Positions 49,601 to 62,520 of a stretch of 64,000 nt of DNA are shown one piece after another (within the stretch, counting starts at the first letter, position 1; every line of letters begins with the position of its first letter). Position numbers and translations under genes: made by a program. The DNA comes from Felis catus (Eukaryota): positions 79,176,001 to 79,240,000 of the forward strand of contig NC_058368.1 of assembly GCF_018350175.1 (NCBI RefSeq), read 5' to 3'. The notes beneath the pieces were generated by a model that ran no database searches, had not been told where the DNA came from, and saw nothing but the letters and a program-made list of their open reading frames with translations.

Positions 49601-51811
49601 GCAAAGGGGTGCGCTGCCGGCCGGCGAAGCCACCACCGCAGGCAGGGCAGCTACACAAAGAGTGAATTGTACCCGAGCAGATGACGTCAAGAAGGAACGG
49701 GAGGCTGGAATAGTCAATGGTGGGATGCTTTCTGGATGCTTCATACTGGGGAACGCTGGGGAATTAGAGTTTGCCGTCTTCTCGAACTGAGCCCTTCCCA
49801 GGTCAGCCAAAGAGTTTTCCTCTTTCTTTCGAAAGTAATTTTAATCATTTTCTGACATGTGGGGTATTTGCTTAAACTACTTCCCCACTAACAACTGTGC
49901 AGTATACATAGTGCCCAGGGGATCTGCTCCTATGTCAATGTGTCCACGTAACTCACGTTAATGTGAGGTAACCCTGCGCGTCCACGGAAGAGAAAGACAC
50001 CGTGTAACCCAAATGAGTAGCGTTATCAATGCAACACTATGGCCGACTTCTCCTGAGAAAATGCACTTAAGCCTAACGGTTAGAGTAAATCCACTGGCAG
50101 ACAGTGGATAGCCAAAGAGACCTGAAGGATCTAGAGGCCAAGCCTACAAGACTGCGCTGGAGCCCGAAGTCTGGGGTTTTGGGGGAAACTTGGGGGTCTT
50201 GAGCCAAGTGCAAAAGGTTCTATGACAGCAGGCAGGTCTCCACACAGAGGAGTGATGAGCCAAACTTTTGAGGCAGATGCTTCAAAAGATGCTTACTTTT
50301 GCGGGAGTAAAAAATGGTAGAAAGCCCACACTATAAAAGGGCAATTTATGGGCCATAACGAGATAAATACATTATCTTTATACCTCTGTAAAATATGCCC
50401 TTTGTGCATGGTGGCTCATAGTCACTATTCAAGTCCAGGAGCTCTGGCAAATAGAGAAAGATCAAATTTGGATTTTATTTATTTCTGGGTGCATGAAAAT
50501 GTCAGTAGCACAGAGCAAAGGGCAAAACGGTCATCTCTTGAGCGGCTTTGGCTTCATCCGAGAGTGGTTGTTAGTACACGCCTGGTGAATTTTAGTGGAA
50601 TCCCTGAAGACAGCCAATAAAGCTGGGGGAAGCCACCAAGTGACAAGAAAAACTGGGTTTTCAGGCTTGACAGTGGAAATGTCTAGGCCCATTTGGAGAG
50701 CGAAGGACAACATAATCAAATCGTCCCAGGAAGAGACAAATGATGGTGCTTGTAGCTTCAACACACCTGTTGGGTTTAAGGCTGTGTCAAGTTGGCCTTG
50801 AAGGTGAGCCAGCTCGTGGGCTAGACGCCCAGACATATTGATGGACCCACTGGTTTCACAGGCATGCCTTTTCTGTTTCTCCTTGTTGCAGTGAGTCTGT
50901 TCTTAGAATTCACATTCATAAAAAGTCATGATCTTGACCATGGGATTCTTATCCTCTGTGCTGCTTCCGTTATACACTGGACAGGGGAAAGAAAGAAACA
51001 AACCAAACCATTCCTGCTCTTGGATTTCTAACTTGTATGAACCTTGGTAATTCACAAGAAATAAACACATACAAAATAATTTGCCAGGGTGTCAGAAGAC
51101 TCTCTTGCCAAAAGTTTTTCTTTCACGTGAGCCCTTACTCACAGCATCTCCATAAAGATGTGCTGCCTTCTCAACTAATTTGAGTTTGAAGATCGCCACA
51201 TCAGTTGGCTGGGCATATTATATGAGAGTTCTCTTAACATCCTCTAATAAAGTTCTTGAAAATGGCTGTGAGAGTTACCCCACCACAGGAAGAAGGGTCC
51301 TGAGATGCCAGCTTCCGTTCTGACTCTAACACTATCTAGTATTTGTGCTAACCTCTGCAGGACCACTTTTATCCTTCCACAAAACAGAGGAGGGCAGATG
51401 GAGATCAGCAAGGTCTTTGCTCCCCAAAGTGTGTTCATCGGTACGCAAGTTCTGAAAGTTCGCTTTTGAAAAAAAAATCACATTTCTTAAATTAGGAAAT
51501 ACTATACAGTGTATTTTCTTAAAGATTTTCTGTGATTCTTTCCCAATGAAAAGATCTGAGATGTTTTCAGTAAAAAAATAGTTTCATTCCTATTTCTCTC
51601 AATCCCCATAGATGGGAAAAAGCCTTTATCAAAATTCAACATCTGTTCATGATAAAAAAAGAATACTCAAGAAAATAGAATGCTTTCTTAATAAAAATAT
51701 ACCTACCATATGCACATACCATATATACACAGATAGATACATAGTGTCCAGTCTACCATATTTTGTTTTATTTTACTTCATTTCATTTCATTTCATTTCA
51801 TTTCATTTCCA

Positions 51812-51926
51812 TCATAGGTAATATACAGTGTTATATTAGTTTTAGGTGTACAATATAGTGTTTCAACAATTCCATACATCAGCCAGTGCTCATAACAACA
51901 AGGGCACTCCTTAATCCCTCCACCAT
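51812..51926 (-). mobile_element. Short carnivore L1 3'-end fragment, adjacent to a (TTTCA)n tail derivative
   Basis: atacagtgttatattagttttaggtgtacaatatagtg...ccagtgctcat...cactccttaatccc. Confidence 0.7.
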
Positions 51927-52351
51927 ATTATTTAATGAGGGAAATTGTAGAGATACTAGAGACATTTCCCTTAGGGTTAGGGGCAAAGCAAGACATCACC
52001 GATGTCTGCTACTGCTCAACATTCAGTAGAGGTATTAGCCAATTCAATCATACAAGATAAATTGATTAGGCATGAGAATGAGTAAAAAAAGTAAAATTTT
52101 TTTTTCTCTATTTACAGATGGTAAGATAGCGTACTTGTAAAATCTCAACCAGAGAATTCTGTGATGTATCAGAATATAGAATTAGCCCACAAACATCAAC
52201 AGCTTCTGTATGTACAAACAACAAGCAGGGAGAGAAAGTTCCACTTGCAATCGCAATAAAAAATTTAGTCCTTTAGAAATGTACGTAACAAGAACTGTGC
52301 ACAACCCCTAGGAGGAAAATTTGAAAGTGTTCATGAAAATTGCAAAAGTCT

Positions 52352-52578
52352 GGGGCGCCTGGGTGGCGCAATCGGTTAAGCGTCCGACTTCAGCCAGGTC
52401 ACGATCTCGCGGTCCGTGAGTTCGAGCCCCGCGTCAGGCTCTGGGCTGATGGCTCGGAGCCTGGAGCCTGTTTCCGATTCTGTGTCTCCCTCTCTCTCTG
52501 CCCCTCCCCCGTTCATGCTCTGTCTCTCTCTATCCCAAAAAATAAATAAACGTTGAAAAAAAAATTAAAAAAAAAAAA
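52352..52578 (+). mobile_element. Very young felid Can-SINE
   Basis: CpG-rich body (cacgatctcgcggtccgtgagttcgagccccgcgtc) and long A tail. Perfect 16-bp TSD gaaaattgcaaaagtc at 52335-52350 and 52579-52594. Confidence 0.98.
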
Positions 52579-53047
52579 GAAAATTGCAAAAGTCAACTTC
52601 ACCAAATGGAAAATCAGTTCTGTGTTCTGGATTCAAAGACTCAACATTGGAAAGATGTGTGTTGTCTCTAGTTGATTTACAAAATGAATGTCATGTCAAT
52701 GAACATGCCAACAAACCATGTTGCAATGTTAGACAACTGGATAAAATTCATACGAGAAACTAACATGCAAATATACTCATGAAGAGTCTGAGAGACAAAA
52801 ACTAAGGATGGGGCTCACTCTATCAGAGATTAAGACCTATAACACGACTTCTGTAATGAACACAGCGTGGTACTGATGTGGGCATAGACAATAGACCAGT
52901 GGGGGGTAAATATATAAAGTACAGAATCATAGGCACCTATGGAAATTTACAAGTTTACAATAGTTTCTTGACCCACTGGAGAAAAGATGGCTTTGTTAAT
53001 AAATAGCAGAAGAACAAATAAGCAGCCATTTGGGAAAAGATTAAATT

Positions 53048-53270
53048 TTTTTTTTTTAATTTCTTAATTTTTTTTTGAGAGAGAGAGAGAGACAAAGCAC
53101 GAGTGGGGGAAGGGCAGAGGGTGAGGGAGACACAGAATCTGAAGCAGGCTCCAGGCTCCGAGCTCCAGGCTCAGCACAGAGCCCGACGTGGGGCTCAACA
53201 AACCCACGAACCACGAGATCATGACCTGGGCTGAAGTCGGACGCTTAACTGACTGAGCCACACAGGCGCC
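53048..53270 (-). mobile_element. Can-SINE
   Basis: Antisense body. TSD core tgggaaaaga at 53031-53040 and 53271-53280. Confidence 0.96.
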
Positions 53271-53924
53271 TGGGAAAAGACAAAATTAGGTGCATATCTC
53301 AGTCTATACTTAAGAATATACTCCACTGATTAGGGAACTAAATATAATTAAATAAATCATACAAGTACTAAAAGAAAAATGGTTACATTCTCTCTAACCT
53401 GGTGTAAAGGAAAGCTTTCTAACCATGGCTCAAAATTCAGATGCAATAAAAGAAAAGATTGATAAATTCGACTATTTAAAATATATAAAAACTGTATGTT
53501 GAAAACTCATAAGCAAAAGGCAATTGAAACTGGGAGAAAATATACAAAACAAATAATTCAGACAAAGAGCTGATACCTTTCACATATAAACATCTCTTAA
53601 AATTTGAGAGACAAAGGGTAAAATAGATAAATGTAAGAATAGATATGAACAGACCTCTCTGTCTCTGTCTCTCTCTCTCTCTTTTAATCTAGCTGGAAGT
53701 CTGTTGATAATGTCTATCTTTTCAGAAAACCAGCTTAAGTTTCCATGATAATTTTTTTATCGCTTGTTCTTTTTGTATTTTATTGATTTCCCTTCTCTCT
53801 TTTTCCTTACTTCTTTTTTGGTTTTGATTTGTTCTTCTTTCTGTGATCTTAAGGTGAAAGTCTAGATCACTGATTTGGAAACTTTCGTCCCTTCTTAGGT
53901 AGGCTTTTAAGGCTAAAAATTTCC

Positions 53925-55145
53925 ACCAACAAGAGGGTTCCCATTTCTCCACATCCTCTCCAGCATCTACAGTCTCCTGATTTGTTCATTTTGGCCACTC
54001 TGACTGTCACGAGGTGATATCTGAGTGTGGTTTTGATTTGTATTTCCCCGATGAGGAGCAACGTTGAGCATCTTTTCATGTGCCTGTTGGCCATCCGGAT
54101 GTCTTCTTTAGAGAAGTGTCTATTCATGTTTTCTGCCCATTTCTTCACTGGGTTATTTGTTTTCTGGGTGTGGAGTTTGGTGAGCTCTTTATAGATTTTG
54201 GATACTAGCCCTTTGTCCGATATGTCATTTGCAAATATCTCTTCCCATTCCGTTGGTTGCCTTTTAGTTTTGTTGGTTGTTTCCTTTGCTGTGCAGAAGC
54301 TTTTTATCTTCATAAGGTCCCAGTAGTTCATTTTTGCTTTTAATTCCCTTGCCTTTGGGGATGTGTCGAGTAAGAGATTGCTACGGCTGAGGTCAGAGAG
54401 GTCTTTTCCTGCTTTCTCCTCTAGGGTTTGGATGGTTTCCTGTCTCACATTCAGGTCCTTTATCCATTTTGAGTTTATTTTTGTGAATGGTGTGAGAAAG
54501 TGGTCTACTTTCAACCTTCTGCATGTTGCTGTCCAGTTCTCCCAGCACCATTTGTTAAAGAGACTGTCTTTCTTCCATTGGATGTTCTTTCCTGCTTTGT
54601 CAAAGATTAGCTGGCCATACATTTGTGGGTCTAGTTCTGGGGTTTCTATTCTATTCCATTGGTCTATGTGTCTGTTTTTGTGCCAATACCATGCTGTCTT
54701 GATGATGACAGCTTTGTAGTAGAGGCTAAAGTCTGGGATTGTGATGCCTCCTGCTTTGGTGTTCTTCTTCAAAATTACTTTGGCTATTTGGAGTCTTTTG
54801 TGGTTCCATATGAATTTTAGGATTGCTTGTTCTAGTTTTGAGAAGAATGCTTGTGCAATTTTGATTGGGATTGCATTGAATGTGTAGATAGCTTTGGGTA
54901 GTATTGACATTTTGACAATATTTATTCTTCCAATCCATGAGCACAGAATGTCTTTCCATTTCTTTATATCTTCTTCAATTTCCTTCATAAGCTTTCTATA
55001 GTTTTCAGCATACAGATCTTTTACATCTTTGGTTAGATTTATTCCTAGGTATTTGATGCTTCTTGGTGCAATTGTGAATGGGATCAGTTTCTTTATTTGT
55101 CTTTCTGTTGCTTCATTATTAGTGTATAAGAATGCAACTGATTTC
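53925..55145 (-). pseudogene. L1 ORF2p fragment (end of RT through start of the C-terminal zinc knuckle), stop-free
   Basis: ORF 53867-55150 reads [10 protein letters not shown]...[10 protein letters not shown]...[17 protein letters not shown]...CWRGCGE. Confidence 0.95.
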
Positions 55146-55521
55146 AGCACTCTGGAAAACAGTGTGGAGGTTCCTCAAAAAACTAAAAATAGACCTACTC
55201 TATGACCCAGCAATAGCACTGCTAGGAATTTACCCAAGGGATACAGGAGTACAGATGCATAGGGGCACTTGTACCCCAATGTTTATAGCAGCACTCTCAA
55301 CAATAGCCAAATTATGGAAAGAGCCTAAATGTCCATCAACTGATGAATGGATAAAGAAATTGTGGTTTATATACACAATGGAGTACTACATGGCAATGAG
55401 AAAGAGTGAAATATGGCCCTTTGTAGCAACGTGGATGGAACTGGAGAGTGTTATGCTAAGTGAAATAAGCCATACAGAGAAAGACAGATACCATATGTTT
55501 TCACTCTTAAGTGGATCCTGA
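55146..55521 (+). pseudogene. L1 ORF2p C-terminus, stop-free to the natural stop
   Basis: [14 protein letters not shown]...YDPAIALLGIYP...CTPMFIAALSTIAKLWKEPKCPS...YHMFSL. Confidence 0.95.
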
Positions 55522-55869
55522 GAAACTTAACAGAAACCCATGGGGGAGGGGAAGGAAAAAAAAAAGAGGTTAGAGTGGGAGAGAGCCAAAGCATAAGAGA
55601 CTCTTAAAAACTGAGAACAAACTGAGGGTTGATGGGGGGTGGGCAGGAGGGGAGGGTGGGTGATGGGTATTGAGGAGGGCACCTTTTGGGATGAGCACTG
55701 GGTGTAGTATGGAAACCAATTTGACAATAAATTTCATATATTGAAAAAATAAATAAATAAAGCTAAAAATTTCCTTGTAAGCATTGTTTTGGCTACACCT
55801 TAAGGCTTTCTATGTCGTGATTTCCATTTTTCCCCATCCCCTTAATTTAATAAGTGTTATATATTTAAC

Positions 55870-56460
55870 AGCCTTATAAATACAGAAAAATTAAGAAGAT
55901 GCTAGAAAGACCTCCTCTCTAGTGATACACTCAGCTTCCCTTGTTATTAACAAGTAGGGTGCACTTGTTATAAGTGATGAGTCAATATTGATCGATTCTT
56001 AATTACTAAATTCTGCCCATAGTATATTCAGATCTGCTTCGTCTCACTTAATGCCTTTTTCTACTTGGGAATCCCACCCAGGGTCCCACATTACATTTCC
56101 CTGCCATGTCACCTGAGGCTCTGCTTGCCTGTGACAGTTTCCTGGGCTCTCCCTGCATGTGACAATTATGAGGATTGGCCGGGTCTCCTGCAGAAAGCTC
56201 GTACATAGAATTTGTCTGATGGTTTTCTCATGGTTAGACTGGGGGCTTGGGTTTCTCGGAAGACCACCCCAGAGATAAAGTGCCATTTTCATCAGACTCT
56301 ATCAGGGGTCCTTATTACCAGCATGACTCCTCCAGGGTGAGGAATCTGTATAACTTATTTGAAATTCTTCTGCTGGAGGAATGGCCTATTCTTATTTGTT
56401 TACTTATTTATTTTTTTATAATAGATGGACTAATGGATATTTATATTGGGGCTACGCTAT
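55870..56460 (-). mobile_element. Old L1MC-type 3' UTR fragment
   Basis: atcccacccagggtcccacattacattt...tttgtctgatggttttctcatggttagactgg...agagataaagtgccattttcatca. Confidence 0.75.
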
Positions 56461-59400
56461 AGTAATACTTGATATGTTACGTGTTTCACATCATCTTTCC
56501 AACATGGAGATCCGTCAGTAGAACAAACTTCTAGAAGTGAAGTCGCTGAATCAAAGATTACATACATTCAAATTTAGGTAAATGACCGAATGGCTTGCCT
56601 TAAGTGTTGTTCACATTTTTACTCCCCCCAGTAAGTTATGGAAGCGACAGTTTCAGCAGCACGGGAGGTTACAAGGGTTTTCCCCTTCCTTCCTTCCTTC
56701 CTTCCTTCCTCCCTCCCACCCTCCCTCCCCCCTTCCTTCCTCTTTTTTTGTTTGTCTCATCAAAGGTGAGCTTTATTTACTTCCATTTTGCTTACCTTAA
56801 TCTCCAGAGGAGGAATCCAGCCTCAGGCCACCACAGTAAAAGCAGAAATCCTTACCAACTCTGAACTGATAGGTATCTACCTCATTCTGAAAGATTTTTT
56901 GTGACAGTTTCTTTTTAGCTTCACGAAGGCATGTCTGGATAATTTGAATCACAATGCAGTCACCTGCTGTAGATTTATACGCCCCCTCCCTCCCTGATCA
57001 TTAGATTGCTCACTAATTTGAGAAGCATGTTTTCTATGGCTTCGAGTAAGTGAATGGTAATAGCATTTGACTGGACTTAATCATATCAGAACCTTTTGGC
57101 TTTGCTGCTAATAACTTCCTTTCGGGTTGCTATCAGTACATTAATCACCACTTTTTTTTTTTTTTTTACAGTTATTTGCTACTTTACATTGCATTCAGTT
57201 TTACTATCAGCCAGCTCAGTCATCCTGCTGTTTCCATGGACATTTGACAGAAGGTTCTGTCACAAGCTTTGATGAGACCCAGATACGCCCCGTCGATGTC
57301 ATCCCGCGAGCCGCCAGTCTTGTAAGAGTGTCGGAGGACAAGTGAGGTACGACTTGTTGTCAGTGAACCCCGCTGACTCCTCGAAATCATTACCCCTTTT
57401 TCAAATAGGCCTCGCGAATGTATTGCCTCATCACTCCACAATCCACTCCACGATCGAACCACAAACTGGCCTGTCATCGAGTGGGTGCTTCTGAAGTTTC
57501 GGGCGCTCCTGGCTTTGCCCTCTCACTCCCTTTGCGATTCTCCAAAGATAGCTGAAACTGGTTTTGCAATCACACATTTATGTTCTGCACAGGGGACCTG
57601 GAGACCCCAACCCTGTCAAGGAGCTGGCACTGTCTGATCATCTGCTCAGCAATCCGGGACTCCAGTCCCCAGGCGAACGCCCATGACCACCCCTGAAAGA
57701 CGGATCTTGCTAACAGGGAAGGTCGGCGGGGTGGGGGGGGGGGACAAATAGCAGAGGAGCAATTTTGATGGTCATCTATTAACCCTGAACCCAAACTGTG
57801 GGCCCACGCAGTTCTTGATGGCACTTCTTGTTCTGAGCATCCTCCCAAAGCTCCTCTGTTACTGGCCCTTTGGCAAATCATTTCTCCTTTTAAATGGGGA
57901 GAATCACAGCGCGACCTGAGAGTCCCCTTCAAGGACGGAGATGATACATTTCACTTAACTCAGAATAGTGCCGGCCACCTGCAGCCCAGCCTCAAAATGA
58001 GCTGAGTCACTGTCGTGGTCAATATCCAAAGCGTTCTAATGGGCACACTCTCCCTGACATCAGCTTCCCTCTCCTGATAGTGATAGCTGGCTGCTACATT
58101 TCTAGAAGTTCTCGATTGTGTGTGCCTGTTTGGACTTTTTGTGCCTGGCTTTTTACAATCTGAACTCTTTAGAAGCATGGTTTTATGATCAGCGTCCCCA
58201 ATTTTCTTTCTTGCCAAACTCACCAGGGATATAATGAGGACTTTTTAAATATTATTTATCTGTCTCAAATGGATGCTTCGTTTCAAGTCTCTGACCATGA
58301 GTTTCCTCTTCTCCGTGTATCCCATAGAACGACCAATTTCTGCTGATCTTGCCTTCATAAAGTTGCTGAGTCTCCTTCCTTCCCTTCATCTCTCTGGCTA
58401 CCATCTTTCACTATTTCTTGGCATTTCTCCTTCTTACTAGTTCAACATGTTTTGTGCCAGTTTCCCTGACATTACGTCTGCCCTCTGCTGCCAGGTGGAT
58501 ATTCTTAGGCATTAATTTAATAATGATACCAGCTTGCTAAAGATTTGTTAACATACCGAAACGTCTTCCAAATCAGTTATCAGGAAATGGAAACACCAGT
58601 AAAAAAAAATCAGCAAAGATTGTGCTCAGATGTATCACGTTAAGATTTGTTCTGCACATCAGCATGAAATACACAAAAAGGGAAATCTTGACAAGGCCAT
58701 TCTTCTAAAACTTTTAACTATTTGTTCTCAACTAACTTTAGAGTTTTGGAGGATAATGAGCCTAATCAATAATTATTATAAATCTGTAGAAAGGGAACAG
58801 ATTTGTTACCCGTTAACATTTCTTGGAGTTACTTTAATCTCTGAGTATTGATCTATGTGAACATCTCCAAGGGAGATTTTTTTCCGGATGCTGTAACTTG
58901 AAAATCTCTGCTAGAGCTAAGTTGGCTCACCCTTAGGAGTGGCAAAGATCATACCTCATGTAGGCAATGAAATGTGTGCGGGAAGAAAAATGCCAAATAG
59001 ACATCTCGAATATTGGCATCTACTAACTTTATCATCAAAGTTTTTGAAGTGTTTACTTTCACTGGAATCAAATCTGCTTTATGTAAAAGAAAAAATCAGA
59101 CGGGATGTTTGTTCAAAGAAATTTGCATTAAAATACATGGAAAGATTACCACTTGTGTCAAAGTGGAAGTTCTGAATAATTCATAAGGTCACAAGTGATT
59201 TTTTGCTTCCAATAAATGCATAGATAGTTACATATAGATATAGCTATTGGTAGATAAATAGCTATACAGATCAAATACCTCACCTCCAAATAAGAAGGGA
59301 AATGAATGGCAAATCTACTGATTCACATTCTAACTCTCAAAGATTTTGTTTATAACGCATTTGAGATATAATCACTGTTCTCAATGCTTTTACATTTTCA

Positions 59401-59659
59401 TTGCTATTGTAGTTTCATTCACTTGAAAAAATACGTTAGAATCATTACTAACAAGATTCTAATTCTCTACTAGGTGTAAAGACAGTGCCTAGTGCACAAT
59501 AGATCCTTAGATAAATTCTTGTTAAAGTAATAATTTACATGAATGAAAGAAGCCAAGTACCTCCTAGAATGAACGTTTTCCAGAACTGTCTACAAGCTGA
59601 TCTCATGCTTTCCCTGAAAGCCTACATTGGTTTCAGAACTCGTAAAAATTACTTCTTTT

Positions 59660-59878
59660 GGGGGCACCTGGGTGGCTTAGTCAGTTAAGCGTCTGACTTC
59701 AGCTCAGGTCATGATCTCACGGTTCATGAGTTCAAGCCCTGCGTCGGGCTCTGTCCTGGCAGCTCAGAACCTGGAGACAGCTGCAGATTCTGGGTCTCCC
59801 TCTCTCTCTGCCCCTCCCCCGCTCCCACTCTCTATCTCAAAAATAAAACAAAAACAAAAACAAAAACAAAAAAAACAC
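59660..59878 (+). mobile_element. Can-SINE
   Basis: Head ggggcacctgggtggcttagtcagttaagcg and a (CAAAAA)n tail. Confidence 0.95.
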
Positions 59879-59884
59879 AAAAGA

Positions 59885-60131
59885 GCCTATGTACACCTTC
59901 CAAACCTGTAGAGTGTGCAACACCGGGAGTGACTTGATGTAGACGATCTAAAGTATTGGCACCTGGGGGATGAACACGTATCCACATAGGTTCGTGGATT
60001 GCAGTTGATGTCTCACTCTTTTGTAGCGGGGAGGCAGTGTCAGGGGGCCACCAGGGGCATCGGGGAACTCTCTGTACTCTCTGCTTAATACTGCTGTGAA
60101 CCTGAAGCTTCCAGAAAAAAATCAAGTCTAT
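59885..60131 (+). mobile_element. Old L1MC/L1MD 3' end
   Basis: gggaactctctgtactctctgcttaatactgctgtgaacctgaag...aaaaatcaagtcta. Confidence 0.75.
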
Positions 60132-61296
60132 TTGGGAAAGCCCTGAGTTTGGTCCTGCGATCATCCTTGTTTTAAAGATGAGAAGAGCCACAGGGATGAC
60201 CAGCCTCTCTCCTGGGCTCGCCAACCACGTAAGTGGCAGGAATGAGCTTCAAACTCACCTAGCCAGCTCAGGGCCCACACACACTGGTCGGTACAAAGTA
60301 AAAACTGACATTTATTTCCATTGTTAAAAACTACATCACTACACTCCTCCTTTCTGTGTGTGCTTTAAAATCATCAAGGTGTTGGAGATAAAAAAAAAAA
60401 AATAATGCCTGGAAGTTATTGAACGTTGGTCTTAAATATCTGAAGTTTGCACGTCACCACGCCAAGGACCCCTGTTTTAAAGATGTAGGATGAAGATTTT
60501 TCAGCTTTTGCAACTCCTTTGCCCCCTGTCTTTGATTACTCTTTCAATCTCCGGTCATCCTGGTGAGGGGTCGCCTGACTATCCCTCGGGACCAGTACCG
60601 CCACTGTGTTACTGCTTAAATAACGACACAAAAATGTCCCATGACTTTATACGGTAATGAGGCTATCACTGCTTTACCTTATTTTTGTTTTTACTAAAAT
60701 TGCGTGCCGACCACTGTTCATCGTGCTTTTCCTCAAATATTCCCCTTGCCTGGAATGTTCTGTTCCTTTCCAGGTTGCTAAGTCCCATTCATCATTTAAT
60801 CACATTTTCTCCCCAAAAGTCCTTAAGGACCTGCCCAGGAAAAGACCGCTCCCCCAAGGAGCACCCCCACCCCAGTGCTGATGGTATGATCTTCTCGGAG
60901 ACCAGCTTTTCTCTGCCTTCTAGTAAAAATCAATTCCTCATGCCTCTTACGTCTCCAGGTAAGTCGTCACAGTTTCCTTTACATCCAATATACTCTTGAC
61001 TCCCCTGTAGCTGGGAAGAAGACAAAGCACAGACAAGGTGCCGAAATTTTTATGCTGATTAAAAATGCTTCCTTCGGTTGCATAAATGGTTGGCAGTCAT
61101 CAACAAGAACCAGATATAGTGAAGTTGTCAGGTAAAATGGGGTAGGCGATGTTTCTGATAGTCGATGGAAATAATACTGAAACATTAGGCTGGATTTAGA
61201 TGGAAATAAAGATTAGTAAAAATTTTTACACTTTTTTAGAAACATTTTTAGATATGTTTGACTCATTAAAAGTACTATAAAAACTTCACGTGACTG

Positions 61297-61390
61297 GTTT
61301 TTAATTTTTTATAATTTTTTATAGTTTTTTATAATTTTTTATAATTTTATAATTTTTTATAAAAATATAAAAATTTTTAAATTTTTATAT
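61297..61390. repeat. AT-rich low-complexity repeat (ttttttataa)n
   Basis: Direct read. Confidence 0.9.
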
Positions 61391-61542
61391 GCAATAGAAA
61401 CAGTGAGAAATCATTTGTGTCTATATGTGGAAATTTTGTATTGTTTTATGGCCAGATGCAAGTATTTCTAAAGAACCAATACCATCCTGAGTGGAACTTA
61501 TCCCTAATGTATTCAGTTAAGTCTTTAAGAAACAGAAGTTTG

Positions 61543-61767
61543 AGGTGCCTGGTGGCTCAGTCCCTTAAGCGTCTGACTCTTGATTTCTGCTCAGGGCATG
61601 ATTTCAGGGTTCTGAGACTGAGCCCCAGGTAGGGCTTGGTGTTAAGTGTGGAACCTGCCTGAGATTCTCTCTTTCCTTCTCTTTCTCTCTGCCCCTGCCC
61701 CACTTGTACGTGTGCACGTGACCTCTGTCTCTTTCTAAAAAATAAAAAGTTACAAAAATGAAAACAA
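61543..61767 (+). mobile_element. Can-SINE (older subfamily)
   Basis: Head ggtgcctggtggctcagtcccttaagcgtctgactcttgatttc. cagaagtttg repeated at 61533-61542 and 61776-61785. Confidence 0.92.
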
Positions 61768-62049
61768 ATCTCCCTCAGAAGTTTGTATTTTAGCAATGAA
61801 ACAGCGCCACATTTTAGAAAGGTAAGGCTCAACGGCTATAAGGTATTTAATCTATGCTAGAGAAGTAGAGTTGCAAACAACATTTTACCTAAAGAAGTTA
61901 AATTGCAAAGAGATTTTTAAATCATCTTCCAGTTTTTCAAGTAAGAATCAGAGAAAAATACTCTCTCAGGAACAGTATGGCCTAGCGTAGAAGACATATC
62001 AGTCTGTTGGGGTCTTGAAATATGGTACTGGTGTGCTATGAGTGTGGAA

Positions 62050-62520
62050 TATGAAAAAAGAAAAGAAAATAGGTTATTCACAATTTTTATGTTGCTTCTA
62101 TGTTGACAATAATTCCCTCCATCTGATAACGAGAAACAGCTAGAGTAATTTGTACTAATCCAAATGGGGGGGGAGGGGGGAGGGGGCGGGGGACAGGAAA
62201 AGGGAAGGAAAACACAGAGTTTAATTCTTCTCAATTATTTGTAATATGTGATTTTAAAAACATACCACACAAGCACCTCAGCTTTTCACTTTTGGTGGAA
62301 AAATTGATTTGAGGGCAGGATTGATCCCCCCTCCACCAACATGACAAGTCCAACAATAAATAGATTATCCATATCAGCTCATAAGAATGCAGCAACATGG
62401 CACTCAGGAGCAGATGTTTTCTTCTGCGCCATGTTGATAGAAAAACTGACAAGAGACATTTAAAATTCATCGCAGGGAGACTCCATATTATAATGAATCT
62501 CATTAATAGTAATTAGGATT
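62050..62520. promoter_or_regulatory. Candidate conserved non-coding element
   Basis: Repeat-free, with multiple TGACA, GATA and TAAT cores. Confidence 0.4.

Larger units (their letters stand above)
51612..53652 (+). mobile_element. Ancient L1 ORF2 (RT to C-terminal) fragment, heavily decayed, with younger insertions
   Basis: gaaaaagcctttatcaaaattcaacat (AEKAFDKIQH region), tctctatttacagatgg (LFADD region) and cagcgtggtactg...atagacaatagaccagtgg (AWYW..IDQW region). Many stops. Confidence 0.8.
53925..55761 (+). mobile_element. Young felid L1, 5'-truncated and 5'-inverted (twin priming), ~1.84 kb
   Basis: Inverted ORF2 segment followed by sense ORF2 end, 3' UTR, aataaa and A-rich tail. TSD gctaaaaatttcc at 53912-53924 and 55762-55774. 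tttt/aa endonuclease site at the left flank. Confidence 0.95.
53685..55850 (-). mobile_element. Old L1 ORF2 (post-endonuclease) fragment hosting the young L1
   Basis: Flanks 53685-53924 and 55775-55850 join as continuous antisense L1 (taggcttttaaggctaaaaatttcc|ttgtaagcattgttttggctaca). Confidence 0.75.

Noticed and set aside
53867..55521. 427-aa and 129-aa ORFs as host genes
   Set aside because: They are the two halves of L1 ORF2p in an inverted insertion.
57151..57350. Poly-T + acag acceptor-like site as an exon start (similar sites at ~24610 and ~50891)
   Set aside because: Isolated splice-like signals are common. There is no strong donor or coherent reading frame.
31851..62515. Shared 13-mer ttaatagtaatta in two candidate enhancers
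   Set aside because: An AT-rich 13-mer repeat is expected by chance in 64 kb.
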